Shown here piece after piece: positions 49,041 to 57,282 of a DNA stretch of 64,000 nt. The stretch lies in contig JABJJO010000155.1 of assembly GCA_018660825.1 (NCBI GenBank), positions 6,830-70,829 of the forward strand. The letters are read 5' to 3'. How positions within the stretch are numbered: position 1 is the stretch's first letter; every line of letters begins with the position of its first letter. The DNA is from Planctomycetaceae bacterium (GTDB lineage: Bacteria; Planctomycetota; Planctomycetia; Pirellulales; Pirellulaceae). Both the position numbers and the translations under genes were made by a program. The notes under the pieces were generated by a model. The model ran no database searches. It was not told where the DNA came from and saw only the letters and a list, made by a program, of their open reading frames with translations.

Positions 49041-49460
49041 ATGAGAACTTTAATATTAAACGTGGTTGCTTTAACTGTTGGATTAATCATCAGTACCGAT
49101 CTAAGTGCCAATGATTTCGGATTCCCGGCGGCATTCAACGGTGGAAATTCGTATTCACGCAACACGGGGAACTACCGCAACAATGTTCCATCCAGATCGC
49201 AAGGAAGAAGCAGTTCGATAATGGAAGCAAGCAGTAACCGCTTTGAGGATTTCTTGCAGCAGATCCAACGGTCTAGCGGGATTCAACATCGCGAATCGCG
49301 CAAACGACTTGTTTATCATCGTGAAGTTGAACATTTGGAAATGGAAACCACGGATATCGACCACAGATCGTTCAATGTGGAAAACATCCTCAATCAATTT
49401 CGCGGTGGCGCGTCTGATTCGTATAGAAACTCGAATCGTATGCGATACAATGGACGTTAA
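49041..49460 (+). CDS. Small secreted N/S/R-rich protein (paralog B)
   Basis: ATG 49041 with an AAGGAG 10-15 nt upstream. Signal peptide 'MRTLILNVVALTVGLIIS...SA', then 'NDFGFPAAFNGGNSYSR', which parallels paralog A. Confidence 0.5.
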   Translation: MRTLILNVVALTVGLIISTDLSANDFGFPAAFNGGNSYSRNTGNYRNNVPSRSQGRSSSIMEASSNRFEDFLQQIQRSSGIQHRESRKRLVYHREVEHLEMETTDIDHRSFNVENILNQFRGGASDSYRNSNRMRYNGR

Positions 49461-49509
49461 TAAGAAGACTTTACATTCATTTGCGAATTAATTTACCAGG
49501 AGTGTTTCG

Positions 49510-49770
49510 ATGAAGAACTTTATACTTGGGTCCGTTTGTACTCTGGCCATCACATTATGTGGAGCAGCTGCTATTCAACAGCCTGTGGAATACGAACACA
49601 TTTATGTCAATCCAGAGAATTATACAATGCATCTATTCACTCAATGGACGGAAACTCCGATACCTAAGAAAGAAGGGGTCTTCGTCGAGACGGTTGCCAA
49701 ATTGCAGAAGAACGGTTGGCGAGTCGTCGCAATGGATGAGGTCGGGTTTATTATGATGCGAGAAAAATAG
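49510..49770 (+). CDS. Small secreted protein, DUF4177-like C-terminus
   Basis: CCAGGAG SD. Hydrophobic leader 'ILGSVCTLAITLCGAAA'. 'VAKLQKNGWRVVAMDEVGFIMMRE' resembles the DUF4177 'GWELVSV' core. It is followed by a strong terminator. Confidence 0.45.
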   Translation: MKNFILGSVCTLAITLCGAAAIQQPVEYEHIYVNPENYTMHLFTQWTETPIPKKEGVFVETVAKLQKNGWRVVAMDEVGFIMMREK

Positions 49771-49794
49771 ATGTGACTAAACATCAACACACGT

Positions 49795-49828
49795 GGGCAG
49801 GCTTTCTTTGGAAAGCCTGCCCTTTTTT
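49795..49828 (+). terminator. Rho-independent terminator
   Basis: Perfect 12-bp stem GGGCAGGCTTTC / GAAAGCCTGCCC, loop TTTG, then TTTTTT (49823-49828). Confidence 0.75.
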
Positions 49829-49920
49829 GTTCGATTCGAACATTTTCAGCAAACCCAACCGAACAATGCAATAACGATGATCCGGACAAAACCGAACTAA
49901 AGTGAACTAGCCAAGCGGCT

Positions 49921-51333
49921 TTAGCTAAGGATTTCCTTGACGACATTCCCGTGCACATCGGTCAGGCGAAAATCTCGACCACTATATCGAAACGTCAATT
50001 TCTCGTGGTCTAAACCCAGCAAATGTAAAATCGTTGCGTGCAGGTCATGCACATGCACTTTATTTTCTACTGCGGCAAATCCAAATTCATCGGTGTTCCC
50101 ATAGGTCATACCACCTTTAACTCCACCCCCGGCCAAAAACATACTAAATCCATGGTGATTATGGTCACGGCCATTACCATTTTCCGCGACTGGCGTGCGG
50201 CCAAATTCCCCGCCCCAGACAATCAGGGTATCCTTAAGCATGTCACGTTGTTTCAGGTCTTTGATCAAAGCGGCAATCGGTTGATCCACATTGTCTGCCT
50301 TAGCCTTGTGACTCTTGATATCACCATGATCATCCCAAGGCTGTCCGTTTCCATAAAACAACTGAACCATTCGTACTCCGCTTTCCACCAGACGCCGCGC
50401 AACTAGGCACGCATCGGCAAACTGACCGGAACCGTAGGATTCACGCGTGCTCTTGGACTCAGACTTTAGATCGAACACCTCTTGTGCTGCCGTCTGCATG
50501 CGAAAAGCCATTTCCATGGACTCGATCCGAGTTTCCAATGGATTCGATTTACCGCCTCGAGCCTCAAGATGCAGTTCATTTATACGTTTGATTAAATCAA
50601 GTTGTTCCCGTTGAGAATGCTTCGTTAGGTGATTGTTGTTAATGTGACGGATGACTTTTTGCGGGTCAATGTTTGAGTTGTTGATATGTGTCCCTTGGAA
50701 AATTCCGGGAAGAAAACTATTGCTCCACAATTGCGGCCCCACCACTGGTTTACCGGGGCATAGTACGACAAAGCCGGGCAAATTTTGATTTACCGTGCCA
50801 AGACCGTAAAGCAACCACGAACCCAGAGCCGGGCGCGTTGGTTGCGTCACTCCGCTATTCATCATCAGCAGCGACGGTTCATGATTCGGTATATCTGTGT
50901 ACATCGAGCGAATGACACAAATGTCATCGATGACACCACCAATATGCGGAAATAAATCGCTCACTTCGATTCCTGATTCTCCGTATTTCTTGAACTTGAA
51001 TGGAGACATGAGAAGGCCCCCCGTCTTTCGTTCCGTACTCAAATTGGCCGCATCGGGGCGCTGGCCATTGTATTTCTCCAAAGCAGGTTTGGGATCAAAC
51101 GTATCAACTTGGGAAGGGCCACCGTTCATAAAGAGATGAATAACATATTTTGCTTTGGGAGCAAAATGCGGTGACTTGGCGAGCAGTGGGTTATCTGACA
51201 GCGTCGAATTTCCATCATTTCCCAGTGTGCCATCTTGGGCTAGCAACCCGGCTAATCCCAAAACCCCCATTCCGGTCCCGATTCGTTGCAGCGATTCACG
51301 CCTCGTCATGCCCCAGGATTGCCGATAACTCAT
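49921..51333 (-). CDS. DUF1501 domain-containing protein (partner of the upstream PSD1 gene)
   Basis: Tat-like 'TRRESLQRIGTGMGVLGLAG'. 'NGGPSQVDTFDPKP' and 'GEFGRTPVAENGNGRDHN'. Confidence 0.9.
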   Translation of the reverse strand: MSYRQSWGMTRRESLQRIGTGMGVLGLAGLLAQDGTLGNDGNSTLSDNPLLAKSPHFAPKAKYVIHLFMNGGPSQVDTFDPKPALEKYNGQRPDAANLSTERKTGGLLMSPFKFKKYGESGIEVSDLFPHIGGVIDDICVIRSMYTDIPNHEPSLLMMNSGVTQPTRPALGSWLLYGLGTVNQNLPGFVVLCPGKPVVGPQLWSNSFLPGIFQGTHINNSNIDPQKVIRHINNNHLTKHSQREQLDLIKRINELHLEARGGKSNPLETRIESMEMAFRMQTAAQEVFDLKSESKSTRESYGSGQFADACLVARRLVESGVRMVQLFYGNGQPWDDHGDIKSHKAKADNVDQPIAALIKDLKQRDMLKDTLIVWGGEFGRTPVAENGNGRDHNHHGFSMFLAGGGVKGGMTYGNTDEFGFAAVENKVHVHDLHATILHLLGLDHEKLTFRYSGRDFRLTDVHGNVVKEILS

Positions 51334-51409
51334 ATTGATGGTTGCCTTTTTTGAGTACGATTCGTTCGGTGTCCCTGTAACGAATCTCTAGAATATAACA
51401 TTTCCAAAC

Positions 51410-54400
51410 CTAGTCCAAATACATGAACTCGTTCGCGGCGAGGATCGCTTGCGCGAATCGTTCCCACCGGGTTAACTGGTTTTTGTCAGTTTCTTCAATT
51501 GTCAAAAACGATTTTGCGAGAGACATTTCAGCTTTACTTGGGTGTCGCCCATAGGCCAGTCGAAACACATGGGTAATACGACTCTCTTCTGAATCAGGGC
51601 GTTCCTGCTGAACACGGGCGGCAAATGCCTTCGCCTGCGCTATCATGAATGGGCTATTGAGCACAAAGAGTTGTTGTTGGGGCACCGTTGTTAGACTACG
51701 CTTCGCATTCGAGATATTGGCGTCTGGAAAGTCAAATAACCGCAATAGGTTGTCTAGGTCGTGTCGACTAATTTTAGCGTAAACCGTTCGCCGAACATTG
51801 TTTGCATCCGCCAGATTGGTTGAAGGCCCCGCGAGCTTGGGATCTAGGCGACCGGAGATATCGAGCAAGGCATCTCGCCATGCTTCAATATCCAAACGCT
51901 GGCGATTCATTTTCCACAAATAGATATTATCCGCATCAATCTTCGAATTAGCATCGTTAGCATCGGCACTTTGTTGGTACGTCGCCGACAACATTATCTG
52001 GCGGTGCAAATCCTTAATCGACCAACCGGACTCGACGAATGAGTATGCCAGATGATCGAGAAGCTCGGGATGCGTTGGTGGATCTCCTAGCTTTCCAAAA
52101 TTACTTGGCGTATTAACGATTCCACGCCCAAAATGATGTTGCCAGATTCGATTCGCCATGACACGTGGAGTTAATGGATTATCATCGGCGGCAATATCTT
52201 CAGCTAATTCTTTTCGTCCCGATCCTTCGGCGTATGAAACGGGAACCTCTTGCGAGAGCACCCGCAAAAAACGCCTCGGTGCAATTTCACGTTTATTGGC
52301 AGGATCACCCCGCACAAATACACGCATGTCCTTGGGGGTTCCCTCGGTATATGCATGGGCGATCGCGTACATCGGTGTGGCATTCTTCTTCGCATTGTCA
52401 TGCAAGTCCCGGAGATTCTGAAGTACTGCTTTCAATTCCACGGACAAGAAGTTCTCTAGGTCTCCGTCGGCAATGGCAAAAGGCCCGTCTTTACCTAAGA
52501 CTTGGGTCAGCAAGTCATTACCGACTTTACCAGGCAGCACACTCGGCGATTCGGTATACACCGCAAATTGCACACTTGCCTGATCACCGCAACCACCCGC
52601 TTGATCAGATCCGCTGTTGTCCAGCCCACCCATGGCCCTGAATCTGGAATATCCATCCGGGATATCAAAAACAATTGTTGACGTGGCATGAACGCCTATC
52701 CCGTTGGGATATTCCTTACCCCCAACCCTAATCTTTTTCCCTTGATAATTTTTGTTCACCACCGGCCCGCCAAAGCTATCAGATCGTTTGACCGGAAGTC
52801 CGGACAACATCAATTCCTCACCCGCATCATTCACAAACCGCGGGGAAATCCAATCGGCGTGGTCGCAACTACGTCCATTGCCGGCATCTCCGACATATAG
52901 GTGAATTTCCGTTGCTCCCCGTATGTCGACATCCATTCCCACGAGGGGGCGGACCTTTGTCGCCGGAGGAGTAACAAACAAGGGGGAGCCAGGCTTGCGA
53001 GATTCACCGGGTGCAGGCTGCATTAAATTCGTAACGCTGACCCCTTTGCTGTTAACGTTGGACAGCGATATCACATTCGCCTGGAACTTGTCACTGACAG
53101 CGGCGACCGCTTGGGGAACCTGGGATCCGGGATTCGTCACTTGAGCGTCCTCGGATGTTACTGCGAACCATTCGTTAAGTTCCGGAATACGGCCTTTGTT
53201 TTTATAGTCTAGGAATTTGATCCAGCGTTTGAGCAAGAATTCATTGAGCCCATTGACCTTGGCAATTTCTGCCGTGTTGGCGGACTGACCATCCACGCTG
53301 GATGACTGGTACCACCATACAGCCCGCATATACTTGGCAATCTCACCCACTTTTGACTGCGCTGCGGTGGCTTTATGATCCGCTAAGAATTTTTTAACTG
53401 CGTTGTCCGTCTCTTTGATAAGCTTTTGACCGTCATTGTATTTCTTGATGTCCACGGCGTCACAAAGCGGGGTATTATTAAGCCGAGAACTGGAAAAAAT
53501 TCCGGCGAGCGAATAATAGTCCTGAGTTGGAATGGGATCGAACTTGTGATCATGACAGCGCGCACAGGAAACGGTTAATCCCAGAAACCCTCGTGTCAGG
53601 GTATCTATGCGATCATCCAACTCATCTGCCATAGCTTGTTCACGATCTGTGTTTTTATAATACTGTGCGCCCAAACCAAAGAACCCTAAAGCAATGATGT
53701 GTTCATAGGGCTGGGCCGTGGTTGGACCGATCAGATCGCCGGCAATCTGCAATTTTACAAACTGATCATATGGCATGTCCCGATTGAAAGCAGAAATCAC
53801 CCAGTCCCGATATCGATAGCCATTCGTGTTGGGCTTGGTAGCGAATGTATGAGCCTGATCTTCCGAGTAGCGGGCAACATCAAGCCAATAACGTCCCCAT
53901 CTCTCACCATAGTGTGGTGATTTCAGCAGTCGTTCAATCACTTTAGAGAATGCTTCCGGAGATTCGTCCTCGATGTACGCATCAATGTCCGCCGGCTTCG
54001 GCGGTAATCCAATCAGATCGAATGTTGCCCGGCGAATAAGTGAAAGCTTACTAGCCACACGACTCGGTCGGAGCCCCTGAGATTCCATTCGAGCCAAGAT
54101 ATAATAGTCGATTGTGTTGTTAGGCCATTTTGCATTTTTAACCGTCAACCCAGTCTGTGCTGGTAGACTAACAGGCCGATAAGCCCAGTGCTCGCGTTCT
54201 TTGTCGAAATCAATTTTAGAACGCGCCAATTCACCTCCGTCTCGCGGGTCTGGCGCTCCCATCTCGATCCAAGTTTCAAACGCCAAAATCACCTTTTCAG
54301 GCAACTTGCCTTTGGGGGGCATCTTGAATGAATCGTGTTTCAGCGCATCGATAATCAGACTCTCGCCAAGATTCTTTGGCACTACCGCGGGGCCACTATC

Positions 54401-54634
54401 ACCACCCCTACGTATTCCGGCGCGCGAATCCAACACCAACCCTCCCTTGATTTGTTTGGAGTCGCTCGCATGACATTGGTAGCATTCACTCGACAAAACC
54501 GGGCGAATGTTTTTTTCAAAAAATTCAACATCGACCGCCGTCGGTTCGGCGTTATCGTTTTCCTGTGACCAACCGGAAATGGAGTGTGTCACAAACAGAC
54601 AAACAATAAATATCTCTAGCAAGTGGTTTCGCAT
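51410..54634 (-). CDS. PSD1 / planctomycete cytochrome C domain protein (PSCyt1 + DUF1549 + DUF1553) with an inserted NPCBM-like module
   Basis: 'CYQCHA' (54470-54484), DUF1549 'RATFDLIGLPP', 'CARCHDHKFDP', the C-terminal DUF1553 'RRFLRVL...RVMANRIWQHHFGRGIV', and the insert 'GKEYPNGIGVHATSTIVFDIPDGYSRFRAMGGLDNS' (~52544-52966). The ATG at 54634 gives a signal peptide. Confidence 0.9.
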   Translation of the reverse strand: MRNHLLEIFIVCLFVTHSISGWSQENDNAEPTAVDVEFFEKNIRPVLSSECYQCHASDSKQIKGGLVLDSRAGIRRGGDSGPAVVPKNLGESLIIDALKHDSFKMPPKGKLPEKVILAFETWIEMGAPDPRDGGELARSKIDFDKEREHWAYRPVSLPAQTGLTVKNAKWPNNTIDYYILARMESQGLRPSRVASKLSLIRRATFDLIGLPPKPADIDAYIEDESPEAFSKVIERLLKSPHYGERWGRYWLDVARYSEDQAHTFATKPNTNGYRYRDWVISAFNRDMPYDQFVKLQIAGDLIGPTTAQPYEHIIALGFFGLGAQYYKNTDREQAMADELDDRIDTLTRGFLGLTVSCARCHDHKFDPIPTQDYYSLAGIFSSSRLNNTPLCDAVDIKKYNDGQKLIKETDNAVKKFLADHKATAAQSKVGEIAKYMRAVWWYQSSSVDGQSANTAEIAKVNGLNEFLLKRWIKFLDYKNKGRIPELNEWFAVTSEDAQVTNPGSQVPQAVAAVSDKFQANVISLSNVNSKGVSVTNLMQPAPGESRKPGSPLFVTPPATKVRPLVGMDVDIRGATEIHLYVGDAGNGRSCDHADWISPRFVNDAGEELMLSGLPVKRSDSFGGPVVNKNYQGKKIRVGGKEYPNGIGVHATSTIVFDIPDGYSRFRAMGGLDNSGSDQAGGCGDQASVQFAVYTESPSVLPGKVGNDLLTQVLGKDGPFAIADGDLENFLSVELKAVLQNLRDLHDNAKKNATPMYAIAHAYTEGTPKDMRVFVRGDPANKREIAPRRFLRVLSQEVPVSYAEGSGRKELAEDIAADDNPLTPRVMANRIWQHHFGRGIVNTPSNFGKLGDPPTHPELLDHLAYSFVESGWSIKDLHRQIMLSATYQQSADANDANSKIDADNIYLWKMNRQRLDIEAWRDALLDISGRLDPKLAGPSTNLADANNVRRTVYAKISRHDLDNLLRLFDFPDANISNAKRSLTTVPQQQLFVLNSPFMIAQAKAFAARVQQERPDSEESRITHVFRLAYGRHPSKAEMSLAKSFLTIEETDKNQLTRWERFAQAILAANEFMYLD

Positions 54635-54836
54635 ATTGGCGCCAAAGGGATCAAAGGTGGAGTGCCGTCGCTTGAACGGAATCGTTGTTGGTATGCTCAA
54701 TTTACCACTTAGTGCCACTTTATCGCAATAACGGTAAACCAGCGATGATTCCCTGTCTATAAATAATTATTGACAATTCATATTTAACTCATACTATTGA
54801 TATTATTCCGCGGGCAGTAAAACAGACAGGGATTTG

Positions 54837-56324
54837 ATGCATTCACTCCACTTCGAACAACTTGAACCTCGCAACCTACTGGCGGCGGATGTCACACTCA
54901 TACAGAACCCCTTGGACGCACCGGATGTAAACAATGACACTCAGATCACGCCTGTGGATGCGTTGAGTGTAATCAATCGCCTTAACAATCTCACTCCCGT
55001 GCCGGATCACATCCAAAATTTTCTTGATGTAAATGGCGATCGCCATATTTCTTCTATTGATGCGCTGGAAATCATTGACCGACTTAACCATCCCGACAGC
55101 TTTAGACGCATGCTGTATGCAGAAATCCGGGATGCTGGTGCAGCGAGTTACCAATTGCCTGCCAATGCCTCGCAAGCTCATAAGAATCTGTTTCAGGACC
55201 TACAAACTAACTGGCTGGCATTTGACGATGACGCTGATCAAATCCAGACATTGTTAGAAGAACTTAGCAACACCGCAAGATCCGATAGTCCTGAAATTAT
55301 CAACAAAATCAATTCCATCCATAAACTGATCAAATTGCATGAGAGTCAACTGACGGGAACCATCAATCAACATAATGTTTCCTTTAGCGACGTCATCGAC
55401 GTGATTGCCACCAGGAAACCTCTGTCAGAACTCGGGATAGATCAAAATCCGCAAACCGCTGAATCGTTCCGTGGAATAACCGCAACGCATATAGATTACT
55501 CCTACGGTGATCATGCCCGTAATAAGTTTGACATCTGGCTTGCGGATGCCGATCAGCCAACGCCGCTAGTCGCTTTCATACACGGAGGGGGATTTATTAG
55601 CGGAGATAAATCCAGCCTCTATGACTCACTACGAATTGACACCTTGCTCAATCGAGGTGTTTCCGTCGCTACTATTAATTATCGCTTTCAAACCAACCCC
55701 AATCTCGATCGCCCCTTTACCCCCGATGACGTCACGGTCTTAGATTCCATTCACGACTCGATGCGAGCCGTACAAACCATTCGGCACAATGCCGACGCCT
55801 GGAATATTGATGCTTCACAACTCGCCGCCTACGGCAGCTCGGCCGGCGCTGGAACCTCCCTCTGGCTGGGATTCCATGACGATCTCGCGGATACCAATAG
55901 CAGCGATCCGATTGCTCGGCAATCGACACGACTCTCCGCGGTCGGTGCGCTGAACACACAGTTTACCTACGACATTCGAAAGTGGCCGGCAGTACTTGGC
56001 ATACCACAGGCGTGGGCCGATACTCAGCTTCAACACCTAACCGCCGCTGAACTGGCGATTTTAGATGAGCTGGACTTTCACGACATGATAACGCCCGACG
56101 ATCCAGCGGTTTACGGTTCGAATCTACACCCAAATGCAGGCACGCCAGCCCTCAATGATCTGGGACACATTCAACACCACCCCAACCACGCACAACAGCT
56201 TAAAATAAAAATGGAAGATGTTGGTCTGGACGGCAGTTTCACCATTCCGGCACTCAATATTGAACCTGCTGACGGGGAGTACGAACTGTTGGTTGACTTC
56301 CTGCTCTCTCAATTTGGCGGTTAA
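54837..56324 (+). CDS. Dockerin-like repeat protein fused to an alpha/beta-hydrolase (esterase) domain
   Basis: N-terminal 'FEQLEPRNLLAAD'. Two Ca-binding-type repeats 'DVNNDTQITPVDALSVINRLN' and 'DVNGDRHISSIDALEIIDRLN'. Esterase motifs 'FIHGGGFISGDK' and 'YGSSAGAGTS'. Confidence 0.75.
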   Translation: MHSLHFEQLEPRNLLAADVTLIQNPLDAPDVNNDTQITPVDALSVINRLNNLTPVPDHIQNFLDVNGDRHISSIDALEIIDRLNHPDSFRRMLYAEIRDAGAASYQLPANASQAHKNLFQDLQTNWLAFDDDADQIQTLLEELSNTARSDSPEIINKINSIHKLIKLHESQLTGTINQHNVSFSDVIDVIATRKPLSELGIDQNPQTAESFRGITATHIDYSYGDHARNKFDIWLADADQPTPLVAFIHGGGFISGDKSSLYDSLRIDTLLNRGVSVATINYRFQTNPNLDRPFTPDDVTVLDSIHDSMRAVQTIRHNADAWNIDASQLAAYGSSAGAGTSLWLGFHDDLADTNSSDPIARQSTRLSAVGALNTQFTYDIRKWPAVLGIPQAWADTQLQHLTAAELAILDELDFHDMITPDDPAVYGSNLHPNAGTPALNDLGHIQHHPNHAQQLKIKMEDVGLDGSFTIPALNIEPADGEYELLVDFLLSQFGG

Positions 56325-56661
56325 AGGGATTTAGTTCTCTATCGACTCTGTTTCGCACAGTAACACGTCCTCTCTACGCCTTGGCACCAAGTTTGCTGGC
56401 AAAACCAGAGAAAACACCTTCCCGAAAACACTTAGTGAAACGGATCACCCGCTTTCGGCAACAAAAGAAGACTTAGTTTTTTGGTACTTAAATAGCGTAC
56501 CTAGAAATAAAATAACTTGGTATATATCCAGTGCTTAAAGTAAGATGCATAACACACCTGGCAGAAAAAGGTAAAATAAAATTTCCAATCCTGGTGTCGG
56601 ATAGCGAAATAGATATAAGCGATTCAGCTAATTGCATGATTTTTTTAATTGGAGAACGAAG

Positions 56662-57261
56662 ATGGTACCTTCTCGAATAACAACGCAACGTGTCTCTTTA
56701 TGGTCAATGGTAGGCTTATTTGCCGCCGTCCTACTCCTCGTTCCAACAACGTTTACGGTCGCTCAGGACTACGATGCCGTCATTAAACGTCTCAAGCAGG
56801 CCGTTGATGCAAAAGAACTCAGTCCTGAGCAAGCAAAAAAGATGATCGCTACGCTGAAGATTTCTAGTGTCAAACAAGCACCGGCTGTAAAGTCGCCTGT
56901 CAAGAAGGATCCCGACAACGCCAAAATCGATTGGAAAGCGGCGAAGAATAAGATTGAGAGCGCGGTCAAGGCAGGGAAATTAACACGTCAACAGGCAGAC
57001 GCCCATTATCTGGCACTCAAAAAACAATCGGCTCAAAAGTCGCCTGTCAAGAAGGATCCCGACAACGCCAAAGTCGATTGGGACGCGATTGCGAAAAGGA
57101 TTGAGGGTGCCGTCAAAGCGGGGGCCATTACCCGTGCTCAGGCAGATGCCAAGTACGCGGCACTCAAAAAACAATCGGCTCAAAAGCCACCCGTCAAGAA
57201 GGACGTTGGCAAGCCCAAGGCTTTGCCAGCTAAACCAGCAGCGAAGAAAAAACCTCAGTAA
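56662..57261 (+). CDS. Lys/Ala-rich secreted repeat protein (49-aa repeats)
   Basis: ATG 56662 with a GGAGA upstream. TM/signal segment 'LWSMVGLFAAVLLLVP'. Two near-identical 'KSPVKKDPDNAK(I/V)DW...KKQSAQ' units plus degenerate copies. Confidence 0.55.
   Translation: MVPSRITTQRVSLWSMVGLFAAVLLLVPTTFTVAQDYDAVIKRLKQAVDAKELSPEQAKKMIATLKISSVKQAPAVKSPVKKDPDNAKIDWKAAKNKIESAVKAGKLTRQQADAHYLALKKQSAQKSPVKKDPDNAKVDWDAIAKRIEGAVKAGAITRAQADAKYAALKKQSAQKPPVKKDVGKPKALPAKPAAKKKPQ
56889..57205 (+). repeat. In-frame 147-bp tandem repeat (2 full units + 1 partial) inside the repeat-protein gene
   Basis: The unit starts AAAGTCGCCTGTCAAGAAGGATCCCGACAACGCCAAA at 56889 and 57036. A diverged third start AAAGCCACCCGTCAAGAAGGA is at 57183. 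Confidence 0.85.
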
Positions 57262-57282
57262 CGGAACTGCTACGGGGTCGAC

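Noticed and set aside
49641-49958. 105-aa minus-strand ORF spanning the terminator region
   Set aside because: It overlaps the 3' end of the small secreted ORF, the strong terminator hairpin and the DUF1501 stop region. It has no start context and no recognisable motif.
56889-57205. Tandem direct repeats considered as a possible CRISPR array
   Set aside because: The units are contiguous (no spacers), 147 bp long, in phase with an ORF, and encode a sensible repeated peptide. This is a coding tandem repeat.
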